Part shown: positions 1 to 8,105 of the stretch, in pieces
How positions within the stretch are numbered: position 1 is the stretch's first letter
Layout of the letters: each line of letters starts with the position of its first letter
Assembly (NCBI GenBank): GCA_900547775.1
Contig: URHW01000002.1
Location: 13,041 to 77,040 of the forward strand
Origin: an uncultured Mycoplasmatota bacterium
GTDB taxonomy: Bacteria > Bacillota_I > Bacilli_A > RF39 > UBA660
DNA length: 64,000 nt
Direction of reading: 5' to 3'
Notes under the pieces: generated by a model
Database searches by the model: none
The model's input: only the letters and a program-made list of their open reading frames with translations
What the model was told of the DNA's origin: nothing
Translations under genes and position numbers: made by a program

Positions 1-1
1 G

Positions 2-1054
2 CCACTTTTAAAAGAGAAAGAGGCTTTAGTACTTAATGCTGAAGAAAGAATTATTGACTTAGAATATAACTTATTTATGGAAGTTAAGGAAGCAATAAAG
101 AAGGAAGTACCACTAATGCAAAAGACAGCAAGTGGTATTGGGGTAATTGATGCGTTAGCTTCACTTAGTATAGTAAGTGAAGAACAGAAATTTGTAAGAC
201 CGGTATTTAATAATAAACATGTTATAGATATTAAAGATGGTTTTCATCCTGTAATAAATGCGCTTAATGAAAAAAATTATGTTAAAAATGGATGCATAAT
301 GGATGAAAATACAACAACTCTTCTAATTACTGGACCTAATATGAGTGGTAAAAGTACTTATATGAGGCAACTAGCAATTATTATAATACTTGCACAAATT
401 GGTTCATTTGTGCCAGCAAGTTACGCAAATCTTCCTTTATTTGATGCAATATATACAAGAATTGGGGCAAGTGACGACTTAGTTAGTGGTGAGTCAACAT
501 TTATGGTTGAGATGAAAGAAGCAAATAATGCGATTACGAATGCTACAGAAGACTCACTTATCTTGTTTGATGAACTTGGAAGAGGCACGGCAACATTTGA
601 TGGTATGAGTTTAGCGGCAGCAATTTTAAAGTATGCAACTAAACATATTAAATGTAAGACTTTATTTAGTACACATTATCATGAACTTACTAGTTTAGAA
701 GAAACGATTCCAAGTATTAGAAATATTCATGTTAGCGCTGAAGAAGATGATGGTAAGCTAGTGTTTTTGCATAAAATTAAAGAAGGTGCAGCAGATAAGA
801 GTTATGGTGTGCATGTAGCAGCACTTGCGGGCATGCCAGAAGAGATAATTAATGAGGCTAATTTAATTTTAAGTAAGTATGAAAATAAAGAAAAATCTCC
901 TAAGATAGAACATGCTGAGCAGATTACTTTTAATTTAACAGAAGAAAAGAATGAATTAAAAGAATATTTAAAAGATATTGATCCACTTAAACTTACACCA
1001 ATTGAGGCTTTGATTAAATTAAATGAGCTTAAAGAAATATCTAGAAAATCTTAA
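2..1054 (+). CDS. mutS: DNA mismatch repair protein MutS, C-terminal part (5' end upstream of window)
   Basis: Frame open from nt 2; Walker A GPNMSGKST, STFMVEM, DELGRGT, STHYHEL, KSYGVHVA motifs of MutS1. Confidence 0.9.
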   Translation, partial: PLLKEKEALVLNAEERIIDLEYNLFMEVKEAIKKEVPLMQKTASGIGVIDALASLSIVSEEQKFVRPVFNNKHVIDIKDGFHPVINALNEKNYVKNGCIMDENTTTLLITGPNMSGKSTYMRQLAIIIILAQIGSFVPASYANLPLFDAIYTRIGASDDLVSGESTFMVEMKEANNAITNATEDSLILFDELGRGTATFDGMSLAAAILKYATKHIKCKTLFSTHYHELTSLEETIPSIRNIHVSAEEDDGKLVFLHKIKEGAADKSYGVHVAALAGMPEEIINEANLILSKYENKEKSPKIEHAEQITFNLTEEKNELKEYLKDIDPLKLTPIEALIKLNELKEISRKS

Positions 1055-1140
1055 AAAATGTATATCAAAAGTCTTAAAAAATGTATATCAAAAGTCTTAA
1101 AAAATGTATATCAAAATCGTTAAAAAATGTATATCGTATT
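1049..1140. repeat. Four head-to-tail copies of a 23-bp unit (TCTTAAAAAATGTATATCAAAAG; 4th copy degenerate) overlapping the mutS stop codon
   Basis: Read directly: units at 1049-1071, 1072-1094, 1095-1117, 1118-1140. Confidence 0.9.
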
Positions 1141-1158
1141 GTTTGACATAATGAAACA

Positions 1159-1167
1159 TGATAAAAT
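1159..1167 (+). promoter_or_regulatory. Candidate extended -10 promoter (TGaTAAAAT) for nusB operon
   Basis: TG-n-TAAAAT about 40 nt upstream of nusB start; nearby TTGACA (1143-1148) is only 13 nt away so not a proper -35. Confidence 0.3.
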
Positions 1168-1204
1168 TATTTATAGAAAAGAACCGTAGAAAGAGGTAAT
1201 AAAA

Positions 1205-1597
1205 ATGACTAATAGAAGTAAATTAAGAGAAACCATAATGACTATTATTTACCAAATAACTTTATATAAAAAGAATAATATGGAGTATAACGTAGATGAT
1301 GTTATCAAAGAAAATTTAGAGATAGATAATGAATTTGTTAAAGATATTGTTTATGGAGTTGTAACAAGTTTTGATGAACTTACTGATGAAGCAAATAAAT
1401 ATCTTAAGGACTGGACGATAGATAGAATAGATGCTACTGGAGCAGCAATTCTTAGAATGGCTCTATATGAAATTAAATATACTGATACACCAAATGTAGT
1501 GGTAATTAATGAAGCAGTAGAGCTTGCTAAAAAGTATAGTGATGAAGAAGTTCGTAAGATGATTAATGCTGTTTTAGATAAGGTAATTTCTGAGTAA
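1205..1597 (+). CDS. nusB: Transcription antitermination factor NusB
   Basis: 130 aa; AAILRMALYEI and NEAVELAKKY segments typical of NusB; RBS AAGAGG upstream; followed by xseAB as in many Firmicutes. Confidence 0.85.
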   Translation: MTNRSKLRETIMTIIYQITLYKKNNMEYNVDDVIKENLEIDNEFVKDIVYGVVTSFDELTDEANKYLKDWTIDRIDATGAAILRMALYEIKYTDTPNVVVINEAVELAKKYSDEEVRKMINAVLDKVISE

Positions 1598-2862
1598 TGG
1601 AGAAAAGATATATTACTGTATCGACTTTAAATCGTTATTTAAAGAATAAGTTTGATACAGATCCAAATATACAGAGAGTATCTTTAAAGGGAGAAATATC
1701 TAATTTTAAGGGACATACGAGAGGCCATTTATATTTTACTTTAAAAGATGAAGAAGGAAGAATAAATGCGGTAATGTTTTCTTTTAATGCATGTAAGTTA
1801 ACCTTTGTTCCAGAAGATGGGATGAAAGTATTAGTAACTGGTAGAGTATCTGTTTATCCACCTACTGGGTCTTATCAAATATATGTTGAAGAGATGGAAA
1901 GTGATGGACTAGGTAATCTTTATTTAATGTATGAAGCTCTAAAAAAAGAACTTGCTGAAAAAGGTTTATTTGATGCAGGACATAAAAAACAAATACCTAA
2001 ATATCCTCATAGAATTGGTATAGTTACTGCACCTACTGGTGCTGCTATTAAAGATATATTAAGCACTATTAAAAGAAGATATCCTATATGTGAGACAATT
2101 ATCTTTCCATGTTTAGTACAAGGAGAACTTGCAAAAGATGATATTGTAAAAGCTATAAATGAAGCAGAGAAGTATGATTTAGATGTTCTTATTGTAGGCC
2201 GTGGTGGTGGTTCATATGAAGACTTATGGGCTTTTAATGAGAAAATTGTTGCTTATGCTATTTATAACTGCACAATTCCAGTAATAAGTGCAGTAGGGCA
2301 TGAAATAGACTTTACGATAGCAGACTTTGTTGCAGACTTAAGAGCACCAACACCAACGGGAGCAGCTGAAATGGCTGTACCTAATATGGCAGATTTATTT
2401 ACATTCTTAGAACAAATTAGGATTAGATGCACAAGCACTATATCTAATAAGATAAATATTAATAAGAAACATTTACTAGATTTAAAAGATAATTATGTTC
2501 TTAAAAACCCTCTAGCAGTTTATGAAATAAAAGAACAAAAACTATCTAATCTAATTGATACATTAAATAGTGTAATAACTAATAAACTAGCAAATGCTAA
2601 GTTAAGATATAATCATATAAAAGAAAACTATATTTTAAATAATCCTGAAGAGTTATTAAAAAAGAAAAAGCATGATTACACACTTATTTTAAATAAATTA
2701 GAAATACTTAATCCAATTAGTATATTATCTAAAGGATATTCAGTTGTATCGATAAATGATAAAACTATAAATAGTACTGATAATATATCTAAGGGAGATG
2801 TGTTAAATATTAAATTATATAAAGGAAGCTTAAAAGCAAAAGTAGAAAGTGTAGGTAAATAA
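1597..2862 (+). CDS. xseA: Exodeoxyribonuclease VII large subunit
   Basis: 421 aa; OB-fold N-terminus (VSLKGEISNFKGH..GHLYFTLKD), IGIVTAPTGAAIKD, GRGGGS.EDLW.FN, GHEIDFTIADFVAD motifs; start overlaps nusB stop (TAATG). Confidence 0.9.
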   Translation: MEKRYITVSTLNRYLKNKFDTDPNIQRVSLKGEISNFKGHTRGHLYFTLKDEEGRINAVMFSFNACKLTFVPEDGMKVLVTGRVSVYPPTGSYQIYVEEMESDGLGNLYLMYEALKKELAEKGLFDAGHKKQIPKYPHRIGIVTAPTGAAIKDILSTIKRRYPICETIIFPCLVQGELAKDDIVKAINEAEKYDLDVLIVGRGGGSYEDLWAFNEKIVAYAIYNCTIPVISAVGHEIDFTIADFVADLRAPTPTGAAEMAVPNMADLFTFLEQIRIRCTSTISNKININKKHLLDLKDNYVLKNPLAVYEIKEQKLSNLIDTLNSVITNKLANAKLRYNHIKENYILNNPEELLKKKKHDYTLILNKLEILNPISILSKGYSVVSINDKTINSTDNISKGDVLNIKLYKGSLKAKVESVGK

Positions 2863-3083
2863 TGAAAGATAAAAAGTTTGAAGATATGTTAAGTGAACTA
2901 GAAACACTTGTAAAAAAATTAGAAAATGGAGATACTGATCTAGATACATCTATTGAGACATATCAAAAAGCAATGAAATTAGCTAAAGAATGCGGTGATA
3001 AATTAAATAGTGCTGAAGAAGCAGTCAACAAAATTTTAAGCGAAGATGGAAGTTTAAAGGACTTTCATATTGAAAATGCTTGA
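2862..3083 (+). CDS. xseB: Exodeoxyribonuclease VII small subunit
   Basis: 73 aa; FE..L.ELE.LVKKLE.GD..LD.SI..Y pattern; translationally coupled to xseA (TAATG); the only TGA stop I checked in this part of the window. Confidence 0.85.
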   Translation: MKDKKFEDMLSELETLVKKLENGDTDLDTSIETYQKAMKLAKECGDKLNSAEEAVNKILSEDGSLKDFHIENA

Positions 3084-3133
3084 AGTTATAGTCTTAAATA
3101 GTATATAATATAAGAGAAAGATAGAGGTATGTT

Positions 3134-4753
3134 ATGAACAAAGTATTGCCACTTATTTCTCTTTTTATTATGAGCATAGTTAGTATAATGTATTGGACAT
3201 TTAAACCAAAGAATGAATTATATGATGCTAAATGGAATGCACCAGATACAACTTTAGCTATTACGATCAATGGTGAGATTAGTACAACATTTCCAACAAC
3301 AAATATGTATACAGGAACAGTAGAATGTACAAGTGGTACAGGCAAAGTAGATTGGAATGGAACAAAATGGATTCTTAATACAAGTGGAATAACTAAAGGA
3401 AGCACTAAGTGTAATGCAACATTTATAACAAAAAAGCTAACTCTATCTGAGGCAATTCTAGCAAATAATGAAGTTAAGACTCCAATAACTAAACCAGGAA
3501 AAGAAGTTAGTGCTCATACATTAGATGATGCGCCAAATCAAACAGCAAGTGTATCGTCAGGTTATCAAGCATATTATATAACTTATGGAACTGGCTGGAA
3601 AGCAAACGGTACAAACTTTGATTTAACTGGAGCTGCCGTAACAAGTGATACATATGCTAATTCTTATTCTAGTTTAGTTGGTAAATACATTTCAGATTCA
3701 AATTTCTATTTTTCTGGTTCAAGTACTGCTGGAACTATGAGGACAACAACTAATCTAAGTAGTGTATATTATGTGGTAAGTGCTACACAAAATAGTTTAA
3801 CATACAAACAAATAAGCTCTGTTAAAAACGTTAGTGAAGCACTTTTAGCAAGTACAGAAGATGATTATGGTACATCATACTACTTTAGAGGAGCAGTTAA
3901 AAATAACTATGTAGAATTTGCTAAGAAGTGCTGGAGAATAGTAAGAATAGTAGGAGATGGTTCAGTAAAACTTATCTTACATAATGATAATACTGCAAAA
4001 GCAACTAATCCTTGCTCATCTGCAAAAAATAGTGCTAAAGGTGCATTTGCAAGATACTCTGGTACAACGTACAAGAGTGCATTTAATGAAAATGGTGATG
4101 ACAATGCTTATGTAGGATTTATGTATGGAACACCAGGTTCTAGAACATATAAGGCTACCCATGCTAATAATAATAAGAGCACAATACTAACTAATTTAGA
4201 AACTTGGTATACAAATAATTTAGCAACATATGAAAGTGTACTTGCCGATACAATATGGTGTAATGATAAAAGTACTTTTACTACTTTCACAAATGGTTCA
4301 ACTTTTGGAACTGGGTTAGGATATGGAACGAACGAAACTGGATATGGATCATATAATAGAATTTATGGTGACAACGCTGCATCATATGCAAGGCCTAGTT
4401 TAATTTGTCCCAATGATAATAATGGAGGAAAGTTATCTAAATTTACAGTTAGTGATACTGCAAATGGAAATGGTAACTTAACATATAAAATAGGACTAAT
4501 AACAGAAGATGAACTGGCATTTGCAGGATATGTTTATGGTCAGCAAAATACTACAACATTTTTACAAGAAAATGCTATGGATACTTTATGGTGGTCCTTG
4601 TCGCCTACTGTGTTCGATGGTGCGTACGGTGCTTCCGTCGGCTGGGTTTATGCGAATGGCACCTGCGGGGTACGCCCTTCAATTAGTCTCGTTTCATCAA
4701 TTACAATTTCACGAGGTTCTGGCACCTCAGAGGATCCTTATGTAGTAAAATAG
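3134..4753 (+). CDS. Membrane-anchored/secreted protein of unknown function with C-terminal WW..SP...GVRP (DUF1566/C-type-lectin-like) module
   Basis: N-terminal hydrophobic anchor MNKVLPLISLFIMSIVSIMYW; central YYFRG..NNYVEF..WRIVRIVGDGSVKLI; C-terminal LWWSLSP..GVRPSISL..GSGTSEDPYVV. Confidence 0.75.
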   Translation: MNKVLPLISLFIMSIVSIMYWTFKPKNELYDAKWNAPDTTLAITINGEISTTFPTTNMYTGTVECTSGTGKVDWNGTKWILNTSGITKGSTKCNATFITKKLTLSEAILANNEVKTPITKPGKEVSAHTLDDAPNQTASVSSGYQAYYITYGTGWKANGTNFDLTGAAVTSDTYANSYSSLVGKYISDSNFYFSGSSTAGTMRTTTNLSSVYYVVSATQNSLTYKQISSVKNVSEALLASTEDDYGTSYYFRGAVKNNYVEFAKKCWRIVRIVGDGSVKLILHNDNTAKATNPCSSAKNSAKGAFARYSGTTYKSAFNENGDDNAYVGFMYGTPGSRTYKATHANNNKSTILTNLETWYTNNLATYESVLADTIWCNDKSTFTTFTNGSTFGTGLGYGTNETGYGSYNRIYGDNAASYARPSLICPNDNNGGKLSKFTVSDTANGNGNLTYKIGLITEDELAFAGYVYGQQNTTTFLQENAMDTLWWSLSPTVFDGAYGASVGWVYANGTCGVRPSISLVSSITISRGSGTSEDPYVVK

Positions 4754-4816
4754 AATCATAATTTGATAAAACTCCCTAAGTATGCTATAATTGTAGTAAT
4801 TAAGGGGGTTTTTATT

Positions 4817-5724
4817 ATGGAGGTTATTAATTTATCTAGTAGGTCTTTTAAAGGTTTAAGGACTCTTGAATTACCTAATACTGTATATAATACTGAGGGT
4901 AAGATATATATTTATGAGGATAAAGATAAGTGGGATAAGAGGATACATTTAGTTAAGAGGTTATATATTAATAGTGGCCCTATATTTAGTAACAAACTTG
5001 CTACTGTTAATTCTTTAGTTGATTATGAAGGACAGATTGGTATACCTGAGTTTGTTTATCCAGAAAAGTTGCTTACTGTAAATGGAGAAATTGTTGGGTT
5101 TACTATGCCTTATGTTCCATCTACTAATTTAAAAGAAATATTAACTAGTTCTAAGACTCCTGCTGAAGTTAAGATAAAGTATTTGAAAGATATTGGCACT
5201 ATTTTGGAGAAGATGGAAGAGGTCGTAAGTATGCTGATCTTGAGGATTTTTATTTAAATGATTTACATGAGGGTAATTTTATAGTAGATAAGGAAGGTAC
5301 TCTTAGAGTAATTGATTTAGATTCTTGTAAGATTGCTGGTAATATGCCATTTTGTTCTAAGTATTTATCTAGAATGAATCCTTCTATTAGTGATCTTCCT
5401 GGTAAATATAAGTTAAGCAATTTTAGATGTTCTGGAGATATTATTCCTAATAAAGATACTGATTTGTATTGTTATATAATTACAGTTTTAAATACGCTTT
5501 TTGGTAGAGAAACACATAGATTACCTCTTGAGACTTTTTATGATTATTTAGAGTATTTAAGAAAGATTGGTGTTTCTACTGAACTTATAGATATAATTTC
5601 TGATATTTATTCAAATAAACATAATACTAATCCAAGAGATTTGTTGGATGGATTAGAGCCGGTATTTTATAAGTGCCATGAAAGTGTATTTAAGAGTTTG
5701 ACGAAGCAAAGAAGATGCCAATAG
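4817..5724 (+). pseudogene. Protein-kinase-like (APH/choline-kinase fold) gene interrupted by a -1 frameshift near 5215-5225
   Basis: Frame 2 (ATG 4817, RBS AAGGGGG) ends at 5257. Frame 1 is open from 5173 and reads GRKYADLEDFYLNDLHEGNFIVDKEGTLRVIDLDSCKIAGN (HxGN catalytic loop and IDLD metal-binding motif), continuing into ORF 5344-5724. Confidence 0.65.
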
Positions 5725-5740
5725 TGGCATTTTTTATTTT
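5715..5740 (+). terminator. Rho-independent terminator overlapping the stop codon of the kinase-like gene
   Basis: ATGCCA(5715-5720)-ATAG-TGGCAT(5725-5730) followed by TTTTTATTTT. Confidence 0.6.
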
Positions 5741-5746
5741 GATTTA

Positions 5747-5775
5747 TTGAAAAAAGAATACTCTCGTGCTAAAAT
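5747..5775 (+). promoter_or_regulatory. Sigma-A-type promoter for hisS
   Basis: -35 TTGAAA (5747-5752), 17-nt spacer, -10 TAAAAT (5770-5775). Confidence 0.5.
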
Positions 5776-5798
5776 ACTGACAAGGGAAGAGTGATATT

Positions 5799-7118
5799 AT
5801 GAAAAATAAAGTTGAACCTAAAACATTATCTGGTTTTATGGAGTTAATGCCACAAGATCAAATACTTTTTAGTAATATTAAAAGAACTATTGAAGAGGTA
5901 TATGCTAGTTATGGTTATTATGAACTAGATACTCCTATTATTGAGTCTTCTGAAGTTTTACTTGCTAAAGCTGGAGGAGAAACGGAAAAACAAATTTATC
6001 GTTTTCAAAAGGGAGATAGTGATTTATCTTTAAGATTTGATTTAACAGTGCCACTTGCTAAGTATGTTGCTGCTAGATATAATGAGCTTACTTTTCCATT
6101 TAAGAGATATCAAATTGGAAAGGTATATCGTGGTGAGCGTGCTCAAAAGGGAAGATTTAGAGAGTTTTATCAGTGTGATATAGATGTTATTGGTAATGAG
6201 TCTTTATCACTTATGTATGATGTTGAAATACCAAGTATTATTTATGATATATTTAAGAAATTAAATTTTGGTAAATTTCAAATTCAAATTAATAATCGTA
6301 AACTTTTATCTGGATTTTTTGATGCTTTAGAGCTTAATGATTTAGTATCTGATATTTTAAGAGTTATTGATAAGATTGATAAGATTGGCTTAGATGCGGT
6401 TAAAGATGAGTTAAGATTACTTGATATTAGCGATGATAAGATTGAAAAAATAGCTGAGTTTATTTTAATTGAAGGAACTACTGAAGAAAAACTAGAAAAA
6501 TTAGAAAATTTAGGTATTCAAAATGATACATTTAAGGAAGGCTTAGAAGAATTAAAGTTTGTTATTGAAGGACTTAAGTGTATGAATGTTGATAGTGATT
6601 ATTATACTATTAATTTAACTATTGCTAGAGGTTTAGATTATTATACTGGAACAGTATATGAGACTAAACTAGTTGATTATCCATCTATTGGTAGTGTATG
6701 CTCTGGTGGTAGATATGAAGATTTAGCTGGTTACTATACAGAGCAAAAGCTTCCTGGCGTAGGTATTTCAATTGGGCTTACTAGATTATTTTATCAGTTA
6801 AAGGAAGCAGGTATTATTACAAGCAGTGAAGTATCAGCATCTGATGTAGCTATCCTACCAATGACGATGAATTATGCATATATTTGTAATGTTTTAAATA
6901 AAGTTAAGGGTGAAGGCTTAAAAGCCGAGGTAGTATACTTAAATAAGTTTAAACAATTAATGAGATTTGCTGATAAGAATAATATTCCTTATGTAATTAT
7001 TATTGGTGATGATGAGATTAATAATAATGAAATAGCAATAAAGGATATGGCTACAGGAGAGCAAACTAAACTTAAACTAGATGATATTTCTAAAATTAAA
7101 GAAATTGTTAAAAGATAG
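5799..7118 (+). CDS. hisS: Histidine--tRNA ligase
   Basis: 439 aa; class II motifs (LSLRFDLTVPLAKYV, FKRYQIGKVYRGERAQKGRFREFYQCD, GGRYEDL) and C-terminal HGTP anticodon-binding domain. Confidence 0.9.
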   Translation: MKNKVEPKTLSGFMELMPQDQILFSNIKRTIEEVYASYGYYELDTPIIESSEVLLAKAGGETEKQIYRFQKGDSDLSLRFDLTVPLAKYVAARYNELTFPFKRYQIGKVYRGERAQKGRFREFYQCDIDVIGNESLSLMYDVEIPSIIYDIFKKLNFGKFQIQINNRKLLSGFFDALELNDLVSDILRVIDKIDKIGLDAVKDELRLLDISDDKIEKIAEFILIEGTTEEKLEKLENLGIQNDTFKEGLEELKFVIEGLKCMNVDSDYYTINLTIARGLDYYTGTVYETKLVDYPSIGSVCSGGRYEDLAGYYTEQKLPGVGISIGLTRLFYQLKEAGIITSSEVSASDVAILPMTMNYAYICNVLNKVKGEGLKAEVVYLNKFKQLMRFADKNNIPYVIIIGDDEINNNEIAIKDMATGEQTKLKLDDISKIKEIVKR

Positions 7119-7119
7119 T

Positions 7120-7148
7120 TTGACATTATAAAAAAACTAACGTAAAAT
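7120..7148 (+). promoter_or_regulatory. Consensus-like promoter of the T-box leader
   Basis: -35 TTGACA (7120-7125), 17-nt spacer, -10 TAAAAT (7143-7148). Confidence 0.6.
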
Positions 7149-7149
7149 A

Positions 7150-7345
7150 TAAATAGATTTTTGTTAAAAGACTGTTATTACAAGGTTATATTTAAGAGAG
7201 GGCTAGATGATGTAAATGCCTAATATATAGTAATAATGGAACACTTTGTTAAATAACAAAACGCTAGGAAAGCGATAAAATTATAAGACTGCACTAAGTG
7301 AAGTAAGGTGGTACCGCGGATATGTTTCGCCCTTACGTAATTAGT
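7150..7345 (+). promoter_or_regulatory. T-box riboswitch leader (candidate Asn AAC specifier; His CAC overlaps it)
   Basis: AGAGA element at 7195-7199. GGAACAC at 7238-7244 (AAC 7240-7242 followed by A; CAC 7242-7244). Conserved T-box sequence AGTAAGGTGGTACCGCGG at 7302-7319. GTAAGG/CCTTAC helix (7304-7336), then a U-rich tract. Confidence 0.8.
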
Positions 7346-7371
7346 GTTTTTATTTTTTAGAAAGGATTGTT

Positions 7372-8091
7372 ATGAAAAATATTATAGTTGAAAATAAGAA
7401 GAGGGAGTATGTTGCAGATATTATTAAGTCTATCTGTGAAAAGTATAGATTTAATAAAGTTGATGGTAATGAAATAAGTAAAGTTAATGGTAAGGTTTAT
7501 TCTTTAAATAATAATGATTTATTTATAAAAGGTGATGCTACTTCTTTAACTAGAGATGCTGAAGTAATTAGTTTAGTGTATCAAATATTTAATCTTTTAA
7601 ATGTAGATGCACTCATTAAGATTAATATAAGCGATTCTAAATATGATAAGTTAAGAGAGTATCTTGATCTATTAGAGATTAACTTTGAAATTGATGATAA
7701 GATTAAGACTAATGGTTATGCTTATGAAGTATACTCTAATGATATTAAATTAGGTGAAGGTAATAGTAAGATAGAAGTTAAGATTGATTTAGAGAAAACT
7801 ATTAAAGAAATAGAAGATAATGGTACTAATATTCCAGTAGAAGAAAATATAGATGTTTTATTTACTGCAACAAGCGAAAATGAATTAGAAACGGCTTCTT
7901 ATTTAGCACAGAATTTAAGACTTAATGGATTTATTACCGAAATAGGCGATAAGTTAAATGCTAAATTTAATATTATTTTGAAAGATAAAGATTTAGAACA
8001 TAATGAAGTTATTATTAAGGATAATGTAACTGGAGAAGAGACTAAGTCTAATATAAATGATATAGCAGAATATCTAGAGATGAATATATAG
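7372..8091 (+). CDS. Truncated HisRS-like paralogue (HisZ-like; no recognisable motif 1/2, degenerate motif 3, intact HGTP anticodon-binding-type domain)
   Basis: 239 aa; DAEVISLVYQIFNLLNV..IKINI and LREYLDLLEINFEID resemble the second half of the HisRS catalytic domain; GGRYD position reads GEGNS; C-terminal NIILKDKDLEHNEVIIKDNVTGEE resembles the anticodon-binding domain. Confidence 0.6.
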   Translation: MKNIIVENKKREYVADIIKSICEKYRFNKVDGNEISKVNGKVYSLNNNDLFIKGDATSLTRDAEVISLVYQIFNLLNVDALIKINISDSKYDKLREYLDLLEINFEIDDKIKTNGYAYEVYSNDIKLGEGNSKIEVKIDLEKTIKEIEDNGTNIPVEENIDVLFTATSENELETASYLAQNLRLNGFITEIGDKLNAKFNIILKDKDLEHNEVIIKDNVTGEETKSNINDIAEYLEMNI

Positions 8092-8105
8092 AAAGAGGGA
8101 TAGAG

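Noticed and set aside
1049-1140. Possibility that the 23-bp tandem array is a CRISPR array
   Set aside because: The units are directly adjacent with no spacers, there are only 4 copies, and no cas genes are present.
3094-3405. 103-codon ORF antisense to the start of the 3134-4753 gene
   Set aside because: It is a shadow ORF on the opposite strand of a well-supported gene, with no RBS and a hydrophobic low-complexity translation typical of antisense frames in AT-rich DNA. The same reasoning applies to 3907-4104 and 4108-4290.
4509-4745. 78-codon alternative-frame ORF inside the 3' end of the surface-protein gene
   Set aside because: It exists only because the GC-rich patch removes AT-rich stop codons in all frames. 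The main frame carries the conserved WW..SP/GVRP domain.
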